This document shows, piece by piece, positions 42,062-52,034 of a DNA stretch of 52,034 nt. Below the pieces are notes generated by a model. The model ran no database searches. It was not told the DNA's origin and saw nothing but the letters and a program-made list of their open reading frames with translations. Origin of the DNA: Pelomyxa schiedti (lineage: Eukaryota; Protista; Evosea); assembly GCA_020536535.1 (NCBI GenBank), contig JAHLWZ010000905.1, positions 1-52,034 of the forward strand, in the 5' to 3' direction. Positions within the stretch are counted from its first letter, which is position 1. Each line of letters starts with the position of its first letter. The translations under genes and the position numbers were made by a program.

Positions 42062-44449
42062 ATGAAGGAGGGTTGTCCTGCCGATATCAGTCCCCTATTG
42101 ACCTGTGGCGTGTGTGGGGACGCACTTTTGTACCCCGTCGCATTCCCCTGTCACCACCGCATATGTTACAAGTGTTTCAACGACAAGCTTGCAAGTGAAC
42201 ACTCGGAGGTACCTCAAGAAAGTGCCCCTGTGCCACACCTCACTCATTTGAAGGTAGTCAATTGTGTCTACTGCGGCAAAGGCAGCAGTGTAAGCAAGTC
42301 TTGTGTTACTATAGATTCGGCACTGGGATCAGTTGCTCTTAGCGCAATTTACGGGGGTTCCACACTTCAATCTACTCCCCCACTTGCTGTTTGCAGCCTC
42401 TGTTCAAAAAAACGATCTCCCACTGTAGTATGCCGATCAAGTAGTTCCTGTGGCATGGTTGTGCAACTATTTTTCCATTCTCCTCTAACCCTGCCTTCAA
42501 ATAGATGTGTGAGAAGCATGCTCAAACCCATGCAAAATTTCATAGAAATCACGTTGTGGAAAAGGTGTCACAAGCACCCACTGCAGCACCTCCTTGTCCT
42601 CTCAACAGCAGGGACTGCTCCACCCATAGTCAACCTTGTACGATGTTCTGTCCAGAATGCAACAGATTGACTTGCACCATATGTGCCATTGATGTAGTAA
42701 CAAGCCTTCGAAGCCTTAATTTATATATGTGCAGCATCAAGATCATGGATGTTTACCTCTTCAGCAGTCGAAACCTACAATGTCAGAAAGCATGAACCTG
42801 ACGAAAACAGTTCTTGAAAGAAAGAAATACGAGTTGCGAGTAGGGAATACGTTTTTCCTTGATACTTTGTGACACCAAATAGGAATATATTGAGCAAATA
42901 CAAAGTGTGAAATCTGAAACTGAGAAGGAAGAAAAAGAACGAATAAACGAGATTAATAGTGCGGTAATAACTTTCCTCCACTGATACCTTTAAAAAATTT
43001 GGCATCAGATCGAGTTGTTACACACATACCTCGAGACTAAACGTGCTGAAATGGTTTCGCAAGTCGAAAGTGAGCAAAGAAACAAAGTTGCAAGTCTTGA
43101 CAAGCAACGTTCAATGATCGATTTGCATATTTACACAGCAGATCATGGGGTATGGCATCTCTCCTGGCTGTGTGGTAGGAACAACACCTCATTTGACAAA
43201 GATATCCAGCATTCTGCAAGCAGAGCAGGATTCAGATCCCCTTGAATTTGCCTATCATTCCACAATTGCCGCTGATGCTGCTTCTGTTATAAATTCAGGG
43301 CCAAACAGTTCCACATTTTGTTTAGCTGCCAGTGCTCCTTTGGAAGACCATCCTCTAAATGTGGAACCAGTCTGCCGTGCCATACAAGATGTGAAATTGA
43401 TCCATATGAGTCTCTACTGCCTCATTGTTTTCTTGTGGGTGACATTACTATAGTTAATGCAAGCCTATCTACAATGCAGAAGGTCGGTTCTGGCCCTGTG
43501 ATCGGCAATTTAACAACAAGTTTCCATATTAGCACTCGGGATAGATTTGGACAATTTACAACAGCTAGCAGCCCCTCGACAATTTGCCCCAGTTTGAAAG
43601 TTTCTCTCAATAAATTTTTTTCCGAAGTGAAGATCCATAGGGTCCGGCTTCTGCTGATCTTTTACTGAGAGAAGAAGCCCAAGGCCACTATGTTCTTGAC
43701 TTTGTTCCTCATACCGAAGGAGATTACGAGATCTCACTCAAATGCGACGGAGCGGACATATCTGGATCTCCACTTACTGTAACAGTTGTTCCGGTATTTT
43801 GATATTATTTCCTACTGAATAGAAATAATCTCCTACAAGGGTTTTTTCTTTGGAAGCCAAATACTCACTGGAGTGGCCATGGATGCTCAGCTTCACAAGT
43901 GGATTTGTGAAGTTGGCCGTGTCACTCCACCTCGTTGGAAGCTCCTTCTCCGTGGAACAATACATGGCTTTACTGCGAGCACGTTTCACAACATGTGTGA
44001 CACACATTCTCCCACACTGCTGGTGATAAAAACCACAGACAATTGTAGGTTATAGGCGAAATCTTTGAATACCGGGAACTCATATTCAACCAGATGTTTT
44101 TGGCGGCTTCACCATCCTTCCATGGTCTAGCACAGGGCGCTACACAGGAGGTTGTTGTGGCCGTAACTTCCTCTTCTCCCTCCTACGCAACAACACACCC
44201 TCTGGTGTCATTATGAAATGTACAGACCACGCATACTGCATACTCGGCAAATCACAACACAGCGCCGCCTTTGGGTGGGGCAATGACCTAATGCTGTGTG
44301 ACAATTGCAACACAACACCGGGCAGTTGCACCAATGTACCCAGTGGCTATGAAGCACCACCCTCCACACCCTGGGGCTCATTTTTGGCCGGCACGCACAA
44401 CCAGTGGTTAGTTTCGGAACTGGAAGTCTGGGAGCCTGATGCTTCTTGA
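42062..44449 (+). CDS. TRIM-like RING / B-box x2 / coiled coil / filamin-Ig / TLDc protein; spliced
   Basis: RING CGVC..PCHHRICYKC..CVYC; B-boxes CSLC..C..CEKH..H..H and CSTH..MFCPECNRLTCTIC; filamin-like SFHISTRDRFG; TLDc WKLLLRGTIHGFTASTFHNMCD..PTLLVIKT..FGGF..FLFSL..FGWGNDL..VSELEVW. Confidence 0.85.
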
Positions 44450-44540
44450 TGAGGTCCTTCTAATGTAATTTTGCCCCTGCAACAACCACAAAGAATAAAA
44501 AAAGAAGTGCCTTACTCTTCAGTTTTTAATTTTCCGGTAC

Positions 44541-45903
44541 TTAGACCCAGTCAAAGGTGGCAAAAAGTGGGACATGGTCAGAGGGGCATGTTGTGGAGGG
44601 AAGGCCAATCTCCCGTGACATTTCCGCGATTGTGGGAAGTCGGCAGACTGATGTGAGGGATAGGGATGATGGTGACCAGTACATATGGTCAAGAAAGCCG
44701 CGGAACGTTGGGGTGAAGTTGGTAACAGGCCCATCATCTCCGCTTCTTGTTTCCGTTGCAGAAGATACAGGTGTGGATGTGGATGTGGATGTGGATGTGG
44801 ATGTGGATGTGGATGTGGATGTGGATGTGGATGTGGATGTGGATGTGGAATCCAGTGCTGGAGTGAGTGCGGTTGCAGTTGTAGTTGTGGATGTAGAATG
44901 TAAGTTGTACTCCTGAACAGCAGCGGGGTAAATGCTGTGGAGCATGTAGGGTGAAAGCTCGGGCCGCGCTGTAACGGCGGTGTTGGGCATGCTGTTGAGG
45001 TCTCCGGCGATTATAGTCCCAACTGTTGTGTAGTTTCCACTTGCTGAGGCGGAGGAAACGAGGGTGTGGGCCGCTGACAATAGGGCAGAAAGTTGATTAA
45101 TTTGAACCTGCTGTAGCTGCCATCTCCAAAATAGATGTGTTGTCCCTATTACGACACATGGTCTCTTGTTGTATGGCAGGGGAGGTATGGCAGTGGAAGG
45201 TGTTGTTCCCTCATTGCTGGCAGTAATTGGTGCGCATTCTAGTGATGCTACTAATCCCACACAATCAGTAAAGAAAGAATTGCTCTCAGTTACAGAGGGA
45301 TCAGAATATGAAGGAGGATTGTCCAGCTTCACCATCTCTGACATACTGGGACTGCATCCATCAATCATGTTGTACTCAACTTCAGTTTTCTGAAGAAGAT
45401 TGAATCTGAGAACAGTTAGGTCTTTTCAGTGCATTAAGGTTACCATTCTTGAACAGACCTGTCCTTCTTCCAGAAAATGCCCACGCTGTCATTCTTCTTG
45501 ATGCTTGTTTTCTTTTTGTGAATTCCTTTGTATCCCAAAGTGAAAAGCTGCTCTTCCCAGAATTTGTCGTACTCCAGCTCCTGCAAATAAGGGTGTAAAG
45601 AAAAGCGTACAGTTGAGGCAAATGGCGTTGAATAAAGGTGCACTGAGAGGCATTTCTCAAGGAGACATGCGCAATAATAATATTCACGGTGCGAGCTAGA
45701 AACCTGCAAACACAAAATGTCGGGGTTTATTTTCTTGATAGTCGAAACAAGCAACGTCTTTCTGTATTTTGTTCTCAAGCAAGACTTCTTAGCGTATGGA
45801 AAATGTTTGCCTGCCGAATAGGCCGGCGACAATACATTGTATCTGAGCGAGGTCATTCGCTCAACGTCAAAACAATACATTCAACACACGTGCAGACGAG
45901 CAT
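44541..45903 (-). CDS. CCR4/nocturnin/Angel-family EEP phosphoesterase (deadenylase-like); spliced
   Basis: MLVCT|YNVLSPAY, PDILCLQ|E, DSVGIFW, VIGTTHLFW, IIAGDLNSMP, TNFTPTFRGFLDHMY, PSDHVPL. Confidence 0.9.
44773..44850. repeat. (GTGGAT)12 + 1 imperfect hexamer microsatellite encoding (ST)n on the minus strand
   Basis: Directly visible; lies in frame within the EEP gene. Confidence 0.95.
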
Positions 45904-47054
45904 CCCTGGAATTTCTAGGTTTTGCAACCCTTTTTTTTTATTCGAGAAAAAAAGCCCGCCACAGCGCGAGGGAAGAAAAGAGCACCGCCGATGTTGTAAG
46001 CAGCGTTGATTTGTAGCCAATACCCTGTTGGGCGGGATGTTGTAGGAGTGGTGTTGATTTCTTTCAATAGCGGTTGGGAGGATGTTCAATGGCAAGAGGT
46101 GCTGAGAGGTCACCTGAGTTCAGTCGATGATAAAGCCTGTGAGTTAAACACCTGAAGGCATTCCAATGTGACATTCAATCAGCGGGAGTGGCGGAACCTC
46201 GGCTTCGGCGGGGGAGATTACGGGGCGCCGACACACGCTACACCAACATGTCCCACTCCATTGCCTTGTCCCACCAGAGCTCTCCAGGCAAGCTCTGGGG
46301 TTTGCAGGGCCAGCAGTTTGTCACCCTTCCAGTGGCCAAGCACACTTCCAAATCACTGAACAGCACCCAGCCATACTATCTTTTCCCAAGGTGCCATCAT
46401 AGGTATCAACTGAAACCACTTCAACACTTCATGTTGTTCAGGTGCAGTTGAAGCCACACACATACACAGAAGCATACATTCCTCCAAGGCATTTTTCTCC
46501 AGGAACCAAGCTTGTGCTTCACTGTCCCAGTTGCAGCTTCACAAAAGCACTGCATGCACAATGTCACTTTGTGCCTGTGGAAGTGATTGTTCAACAACTC
46601 TTTGAGATGTTCAAGTCAGATTGGTGGATGCTTACAGCTTGATTCCACAACTAGCCTGTCCTAAAGGTCCTCTTTGAACCCTTAGGTATGTATGCTTCTG
46701 TGTATGTGTGTGGTGTGTGTGGTGTGTGGTGTGTGGTGTGTGCCGGGGAAGTGAGGTACTCCCCAAAATAGAAGTGAAGTGAGGAGTGGCTTGTGACAAG
46801 AGAACTGCTCCCACTATTTCTGATTAATAGCCTTTACTCGCTTGCTTTGCTCTTTTGCCCTCTGCTGTAAAATGTGAGTGAATGTGGCGAGCGAGGCACC
46901 TCTCTCGTTTTTCTCACATATCTTCGCGTGCTATCGCCCGTCAGAATTGGAAATTTAAAAGGGAGCGAGCCACGACCGCGCCGCGGCGGTGCCAACCTTG
47001 CACGGCGATAATGAGTGTGCACCACTCCCCTCTCACATTCACACATACCCGGCC

Positions 47055-47074
47055 CGCCGCTCGCGTATCCGCAC
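47055..47074 (+). promoter_or_regulatory. shared upstream motif CGCCGCTCGCnTnTCCGCAC (copy 1)
   Basis: 18/20 identical to the reverse complement of 50090-50109; both lie 5' of a repeat arm. Function is inferred. Confidence 0.45.
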
Positions 47075-47162
47075 GCAGCTCACAGGCCTTCACGCACGAA
47101 AGAGAACGTGCCCGCGTAAGAGAAATTGCTTTTTTGTTTCCTCCCAGTAGAAATAGGCGAAA

Positions 47163-47431
47163 CACCCACAAGTACGGTTCGGGAAAGAAATCGGCATGGA
47201 ACACGGGACGAAGAGGACTGGAATTCATGTGAGGGTGGAGGGGGGGTGACCAGAATCGGTATCGGAGGTGGAATCCTTTCCCGGTAACCGGTCTCACAAA
47301 AAACGGGCGCAGACCACGTCGCTCGGAGGCGAGTTCCCCACGTCCATGCCATCCCCGTGGGTCAAATCACCTGGTCGCCCAAAGGCCTCCCCCCTCACCT
47401 TGTTTTTGTTTTCTTTTTCGGTTTTCTTTTT
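47163..47431 (+). repeat. 269-bp inverted-repeat arm 1; candidate structured ncRNA gene or transposon TIR
   Basis: Exact reverse complement of 49619-49887 by manual comparison; internal stems; ends in T-runs. Confidence 0.9.
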
Positions 47432-49618
47432 GGGTTTTACTTGTTATTCTCTATCATTTTCGAATTAATTAATAAAACAAAAACAAAATGACAACAAGCA
47501 ATTTTTGTGTGATTGTGCTTGCTTGTGGGTGTGGGCTGGATGTTTTTTGGATCCTTGATCTTGATTTCTTGGTGCTGTGCAAAGATGGGCTTGCTTACTT
47601 ACCTTAATGGGAACGAATTTATTATCCCTGTACTTTGGTGGCAATGATTGGGTATTTGTGTGTGGTTCTGGAATTAGCCTGGTGTTATTGGGTTGATTTT
47701 TGGTTGTTGTGGTTGTTGAACTTGTGATGATCGACAGGACTGGGGACTGTGATTGTGATTGCGATTGTGCTTGTGCTTGTGACTGGTGTGGGAAGAAGGG
47801 GTGCGCATTGGATGGCTGGCGGTGGATTTGCAAAAACTCAATTGTTCCGCAAGTATTACTGACACTTCCCGTGACTCTTCTCGGGTACCTACTTTCACGT
47901 CACTGTCAAAATTGGTTAACACATAGTCATTGGATACCCTTTGGATTCCAATTTCAGTCGAATTCAGTGGCTTTCATATGTAAAAATATAAGAACCACAC
48001 AAGCAACGTCTCTACCTCCGGCACCACCAAAGTGAAGAATTTGTACAAATTCCAGTCTCTTTTGTCTTGAAATTAATTATGAAAGGTTGAAAAAAAGTGC
48101 TTACGCCCACCAGTGTGCATCACCCGTAATGAATATAGATGGGGGTCCATACGAGCGTGAAAATGAAAACTCTTGGCACAGCGTTCTGCTCGGGCCAAAA
48201 GGCCATGAACAAGTGACAAGTGATTCCCCCCGGTTTGAGTGAAAAACAACTTTGGTACTGCCCATAGTGTGATCCCATGTAAGAGAACAGCTGGGAATTC
48301 GTGACACCAGTTGAAGAAGGTCTACCAATTTACGTTATTGGATTGGTTTAAGTTTGCCAAAATAATGAAAAACACCTTGATCCATTGAACAATATCCCCG
48401 GCAATACTGAGAGAAGCGGAAAAACGAGAGAGCTGGTCAGAAGAGGCAAGCCATAAATATGGGGTATTATTTTACACACATACATATGACTGAACTATGA
48501 ACCCAAGAAAACAACTAAGCACCGATTGTTCTTCCAGTTTTTCTCTGAGAATCTCCTCCTCAAAGAGCACATTGCTTTTCGGAACAAAGGACTTGATCTA
48601 ACAAATAGTGCTAAACGTTGAGAAGAGAAGCAATAATGGTGAGTTTAAACCATATCCAGGTGTGTTCCTGGGGTCCAGTTATGTTAGTCTGGTCCACAGC
48701 TGTCTCCAGTTCATCAACGTAACCGGAGTGGAGTCCACCTATTTTTTTTTAAGTCAAGATATTTTTAGATCGGAAGTGGAAAAACAACATTTGGGTTCTG
48801 TGCCGAAAGGTTCTTGACTCGAATTCTTGCTTGTTGTATGAGCCCAGCCAGCCGAGGACAAAGGTTCCAATTGTTGTTTTTAGAAAAGCACAAAGGCTTC
48901 AGAAAAACTTGTTTTCGAGGTCGAACACATGTGAAGGAGGCTGTGACCCAAGTTGGTCATGCTGAGAGACACGCTGTGCTTGGACCTAATTTAGCGTTGA
49001 GGACCTGACGAGGAGGGACAGAGAGCAAGCAGGAAGACAAAAGTTTTTCTTGTCGACAGACAAGCCAGCTGTGATCCTTGAAGAAAGGGGAACACTTAGT
49101 TGAACATTAGTGACCAGAGGTGGTTCCATTCATAGACGAGGTGCCGAGGCAGAGGCATAGTTCTCGTTCTTGTTGGGCGCGCGCGCGGCGCCAGTGTGGG
49201 CGACGGCACTCCCTCCGAAGTGAGAAATCCCACTCAATTTCGGAATGGAGCCTGCTCCAAAAACGGAACGGCTGCTGGCCAAGCTGCTTCTCACGACGAT
49301 GGAAGTGTCGATTCTAGCCAGCAGGCTGGAAGGAGATGAGCACACTGCCACCTGCAATGGAATTATGGAAGTCTTCACCGAATCCAAAGCTGGAACAGGG
49401 AGGGAAGATGTTGGGCTGAAGGCACGAGCAACCTCACATTGCACAAACACCAGGCAAGCAAGCCACACTGTATGGAGCTATTAACCTTTCAAGAGCTGGC
49501 TTGATTATGGGAAGAAACTGTCCTACCTTTCTCAGGTGGTTTATGACCGGTTTCAAGTCTCCTTTCAACCACCTTGGATGTCAAAAGGAAAATAAATGGT
49601 TGGAATAAATACCAAAAA

Positions 49619-49887
49619 AAAAAGAAAACCGAAAAAGAAAACAAAAACAAGGTGAGGGGGGAGGCCTTTGGGCGACCAGGTGATTTGACCCACGGGGATG
49701 GCATGGACGTGGGGAACTCGCCTCCGAGCGACGTGGTCTGCGCCCGTTTTTTGTGAGACCGGTTACCGGGAAAGGATTCCACCTCCGATACCGATTCTGG
49801 TCACCCCCCCTCCACCCTCACATGAATTCCAGTCCTCTTCGTCCCGTGTTCCATGCCGATTTCTTTCCCGAACCGTACTTGTGGGTG
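49619..49887 (-). repeat. 269-bp inverted-repeat arm 2; candidate structured ncRNA gene or transposon TIR
   Basis: Reverse complement of 47163-47431; the terminal T-run is T10 here versus T5 in arm 1. Confidence 0.9.
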
Positions 49888-50089
49888 AAAAAAAATAAAA
49901 GTTCCAAACAAAAATGAAAGACAATCAGTCTTGAGTCTGGGATGATGGCGCACACAGGTTGTTGGGTGGGTATCCTTCTCCACTGATCTCCTTCTGAAGA
50001 AGACACCCTCTATCCCCAGAGTGTTCATTCCGCGACGGAGGAGAATCAAAAAAGAAGGCAAAGGAAGGGTGGTGCGCGAGTGGGTGTGT

Positions 50090-50109
50090 GTGCGGACAAG
50101 CGAGCGGCG
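50090..50109 (-). promoter_or_regulatory. shared upstream motif CGCCGCTCGCnTnTCCGCAC (copy 2)
   Basis: Minus strand reads CGCCGCTCGCTTGTCCGCAC versus CGCCGCTCGCGTATCCGCAC at 47055. Confidence 0.45.
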
Positions 50110-51622
50110 TTCTGGGTGCATGCACAAACGCGCCACCGATCTACTGATCATCCCATTCCCCAACGAACAAGTTGGGGAGTGCGCGTGTGTGTTTTTTTTT
50201 TTTTTTTTTTATCATGAACAGCCGCGAGAAACGCCCTCTTTTCAATTTTTGGATGGAGGGGGGAAACGCTTCGGCTGTTCAGCTTCCTTTCATGTTTCTC
50301 TGCTGGTTCCTGCATGCCATCCCTCCCCTCAGGAGCTTTTGGTAGTTTTTACTTCGCCAATCTATGGAGAGAGCATTCCCACCGCCATCCTAAAATACAC
50401 CTAGGTACTACTGTCTTCCTGTAAGTTGCAATTAATAACAAACAAATCTCAACAATTGGTGGATTAAATGGAAGGATATAGAGGAGGAAGAGGCAGTAAG
50501 TGAAACCTCTAAATTGTGCCCAGTGTCAATATTCATGAGATAAATAAATCCTGGATGATGCGCTTCTTGGCATTTGGGCGAGGCTCTGGAAGACAAGCAG
50601 TCACATTGTGTGGGACACTCTCATAGGGAATGATTGGTCAGACCCCTTGTGCGCAGCAGCACGAGTTCCATAACCACTCAATCAACAATGGCAAGTGCGC
50701 GCAACCACTCAGAACAATTATCCCGCCGGTACCAATGAGCTGCCATGGCCAGCCAAGACGATATCATTGCATACAGGAACAAACCCCATGCCATGACATT
50801 GGAAGTGCTGCTCACCAAATCGTTCATCAACGAAGCAAAGTACATCTGGGCGCTTTTTCTCCCCTTCAACAACAGAGTGGAAAGAGCAGTGCACCCAGTG
50901 GGAAGAAACCGGTGGCCCCTCAAGGAACCCAGGACGGGCTCCGCCTTGCCTGCAACAGCCTCTTCCAAGAATTCCAAGCGGTCGCTGACACTGCGTACAG
51001 CACTCCAATGGAAGAATACCACAAGTCAGGCGGAACTGTGCGTGATACGCACGCCATTTTTCCAACACAACCGGCACGCACACACTAACAACCCACTGTC
51101 AACTAGGGATTCCTATTTGCATTACTCAAGGCACTTCCCGTTGTAGTGTTCAGCCCAATAGCCGCCACAGGTTGTTCCACCGTCTTTGCGTTCCTGACTC
51201 AATTACTCACACGATACCTCTCCACAGAAACAGCACCACCAGTCCACAACCACCTCCACTTTCACCTCCACCTCCACAACCCAACCACCAACACAAGCAC
51301 AAACCCAGATCCAAAATCCAAAATACACAACACACAATGTTCCAAAACACAACAACCCTTGAGAGGGAAAGTCTTTCCGTGTGTTTTTTCTCAGAAAGAC
51401 TTTGACCAAAAAAAATCCTTTCTCCTTCTCCAGACACGAGAACGGCCCACTCCCCCACTTCCACAGGCACAGTTTCTGGTCCGCCCTTTGGGCCAGCTGA
51501 ATCCACCAGAGCATAATTTTCCCTCCACCCACTACCGAGAACAAGACCCTGATCAAAACATTTTATTCTGTCACTTTGGCAACGCTAGCCGGTCCGGCGT
51601 TTTTTTTTAATTGAGCCACTTG

Positions 51623-52034
51623 ATGGCAGCACACGCAGCAGCACCAGTTACGGCCTCAGCGAGTGCAGCGACGGCTTCGCCGCAGCAACAGCAGCAGCAG
51701 GTGCCCAGGGGCACGATGCGGTTCGACAACGGGGACGTGTACGAGGGCGACGTGCTGCCCAGCGGGGAGATCACGGGCGTGGGGACGTACACCTACACCA
51801 ACGGCGACGCGTACAGCGGCGAGTGGCGGCGCGGCGCCATGCACGGCGCCGGCACCATGCGCTACAGCGACGGCAACGTCTACGAGGGCCGCTGGAAGCG
51901 CGGCAACCGCTCGGGCTGGGGCGTGTGCCGCTTCGGCAGCGGCCACGTGTACCGCGGCCAGTGGCGTGGCGGCGAGCAGCACGGCCGCGGCGAGTGCCGC
52001 TTCAAGAACGGCGACGCGTACGACGGCGAGTGGC
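51623..52034 (+). CDS. MORN-repeat protein, truncated by the window end
   Basis: ATG at 51623; translation MAAHAAAP..GTMRFDNGDVYEG..GVGTYTYTNGDAYSGEWRRGAMHGAGTMRYSDGNVYEGRWKRG... Absent from the ORF track because there is no stop in the window. Confidence 0.9.
   Translation, partial: MAAHAAAPVTASASAATASPQQQQQQVPRGTMRFDNGDVYEGDVLPSGEITGVGTYTYTNGDAYSGEWRRGAMHGAGTMRYSDGNVYEGRWKRGNRSGWGVCRFGSGHVYRGQWRGGEQHGRGECRFKNGDAYDGEW

Noticed and set aside
46300-46400. Minus-strand GTLGKR*YGWV resembling a kinase Gly-loop remnant
   Set aside because: Contains a stop and no further kinase motifs; too short to support.
47163-47431. Assignment of the arm to RNase P/MRP, SRP, U3 or tRNA/SINE
   Set aside because: Only fragmentary resemblances (GGAATTC, AGGTGGAATCCT, ACAAAAAACGGGC). 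Required motifs and their order are missing, and the tail is T-rich rather than A-rich.
47196-47468. Short ORFs within the inverted-repeat arms (MEHGTKRTGIHVRVEGG*, MESFPGNRSH..., MAWTWGTRL...)
   Set aside because: They are duplicated only because the DNA is duplicated. They run into T-tracts, diverge outside the arms and show no protein motif.
50630-51146. Overlapping 110-150 aa ORFs
   Set aside because: No recognisable motif and no consistent frame; possibly a pseudogene but unsupported.

Overview
Gene-dense eukaryotic (protist) genomic DNA with many short (~30-120 nt) GT-AG introns. The gene content and style suggest an amoebozoan, possibly an archamoeba such as Pelomyxa (inference only). 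About 20 protein-coding genes can be reconstructed by hand-splicing: MORN-repeat/ADP-ribosyltransferase, a hypothetical protein, WD40-PH-BEACH-kinase, a membrane-anchored coiled-coil protein, Cdc123-like ATP-grasp, an RS/Pro-rich protein, Vps52, a possible CudA-like factor, GH25 lysozyme, sirtuin, SVIP, ICMT, an intronless orphan, a protein with a gutted kinase domain, Sec15, Hip/ST13, a transmembrane RhoGEF, RING-B-box-filamin-TLDc, a CCR4/Angel-like EEP phosphoesterase and a truncated MORN gene. The most unusual feature lies in the gene-free 46-51.5 kb interval. Two identical 269-bp copies of a GC-rich, highly self-complementary sequence ending in T-runs face each other (47163-47431 +, 49619-49887 -), and each is preceded by a shared 20-bp upstream motif. 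This is a candidate unclassified structured ncRNA gene pair, or alternatively the long TIRs of a non-autonomous DNA transposon. Exon boundaries were inferred manually, and CDS coordinates span introns.
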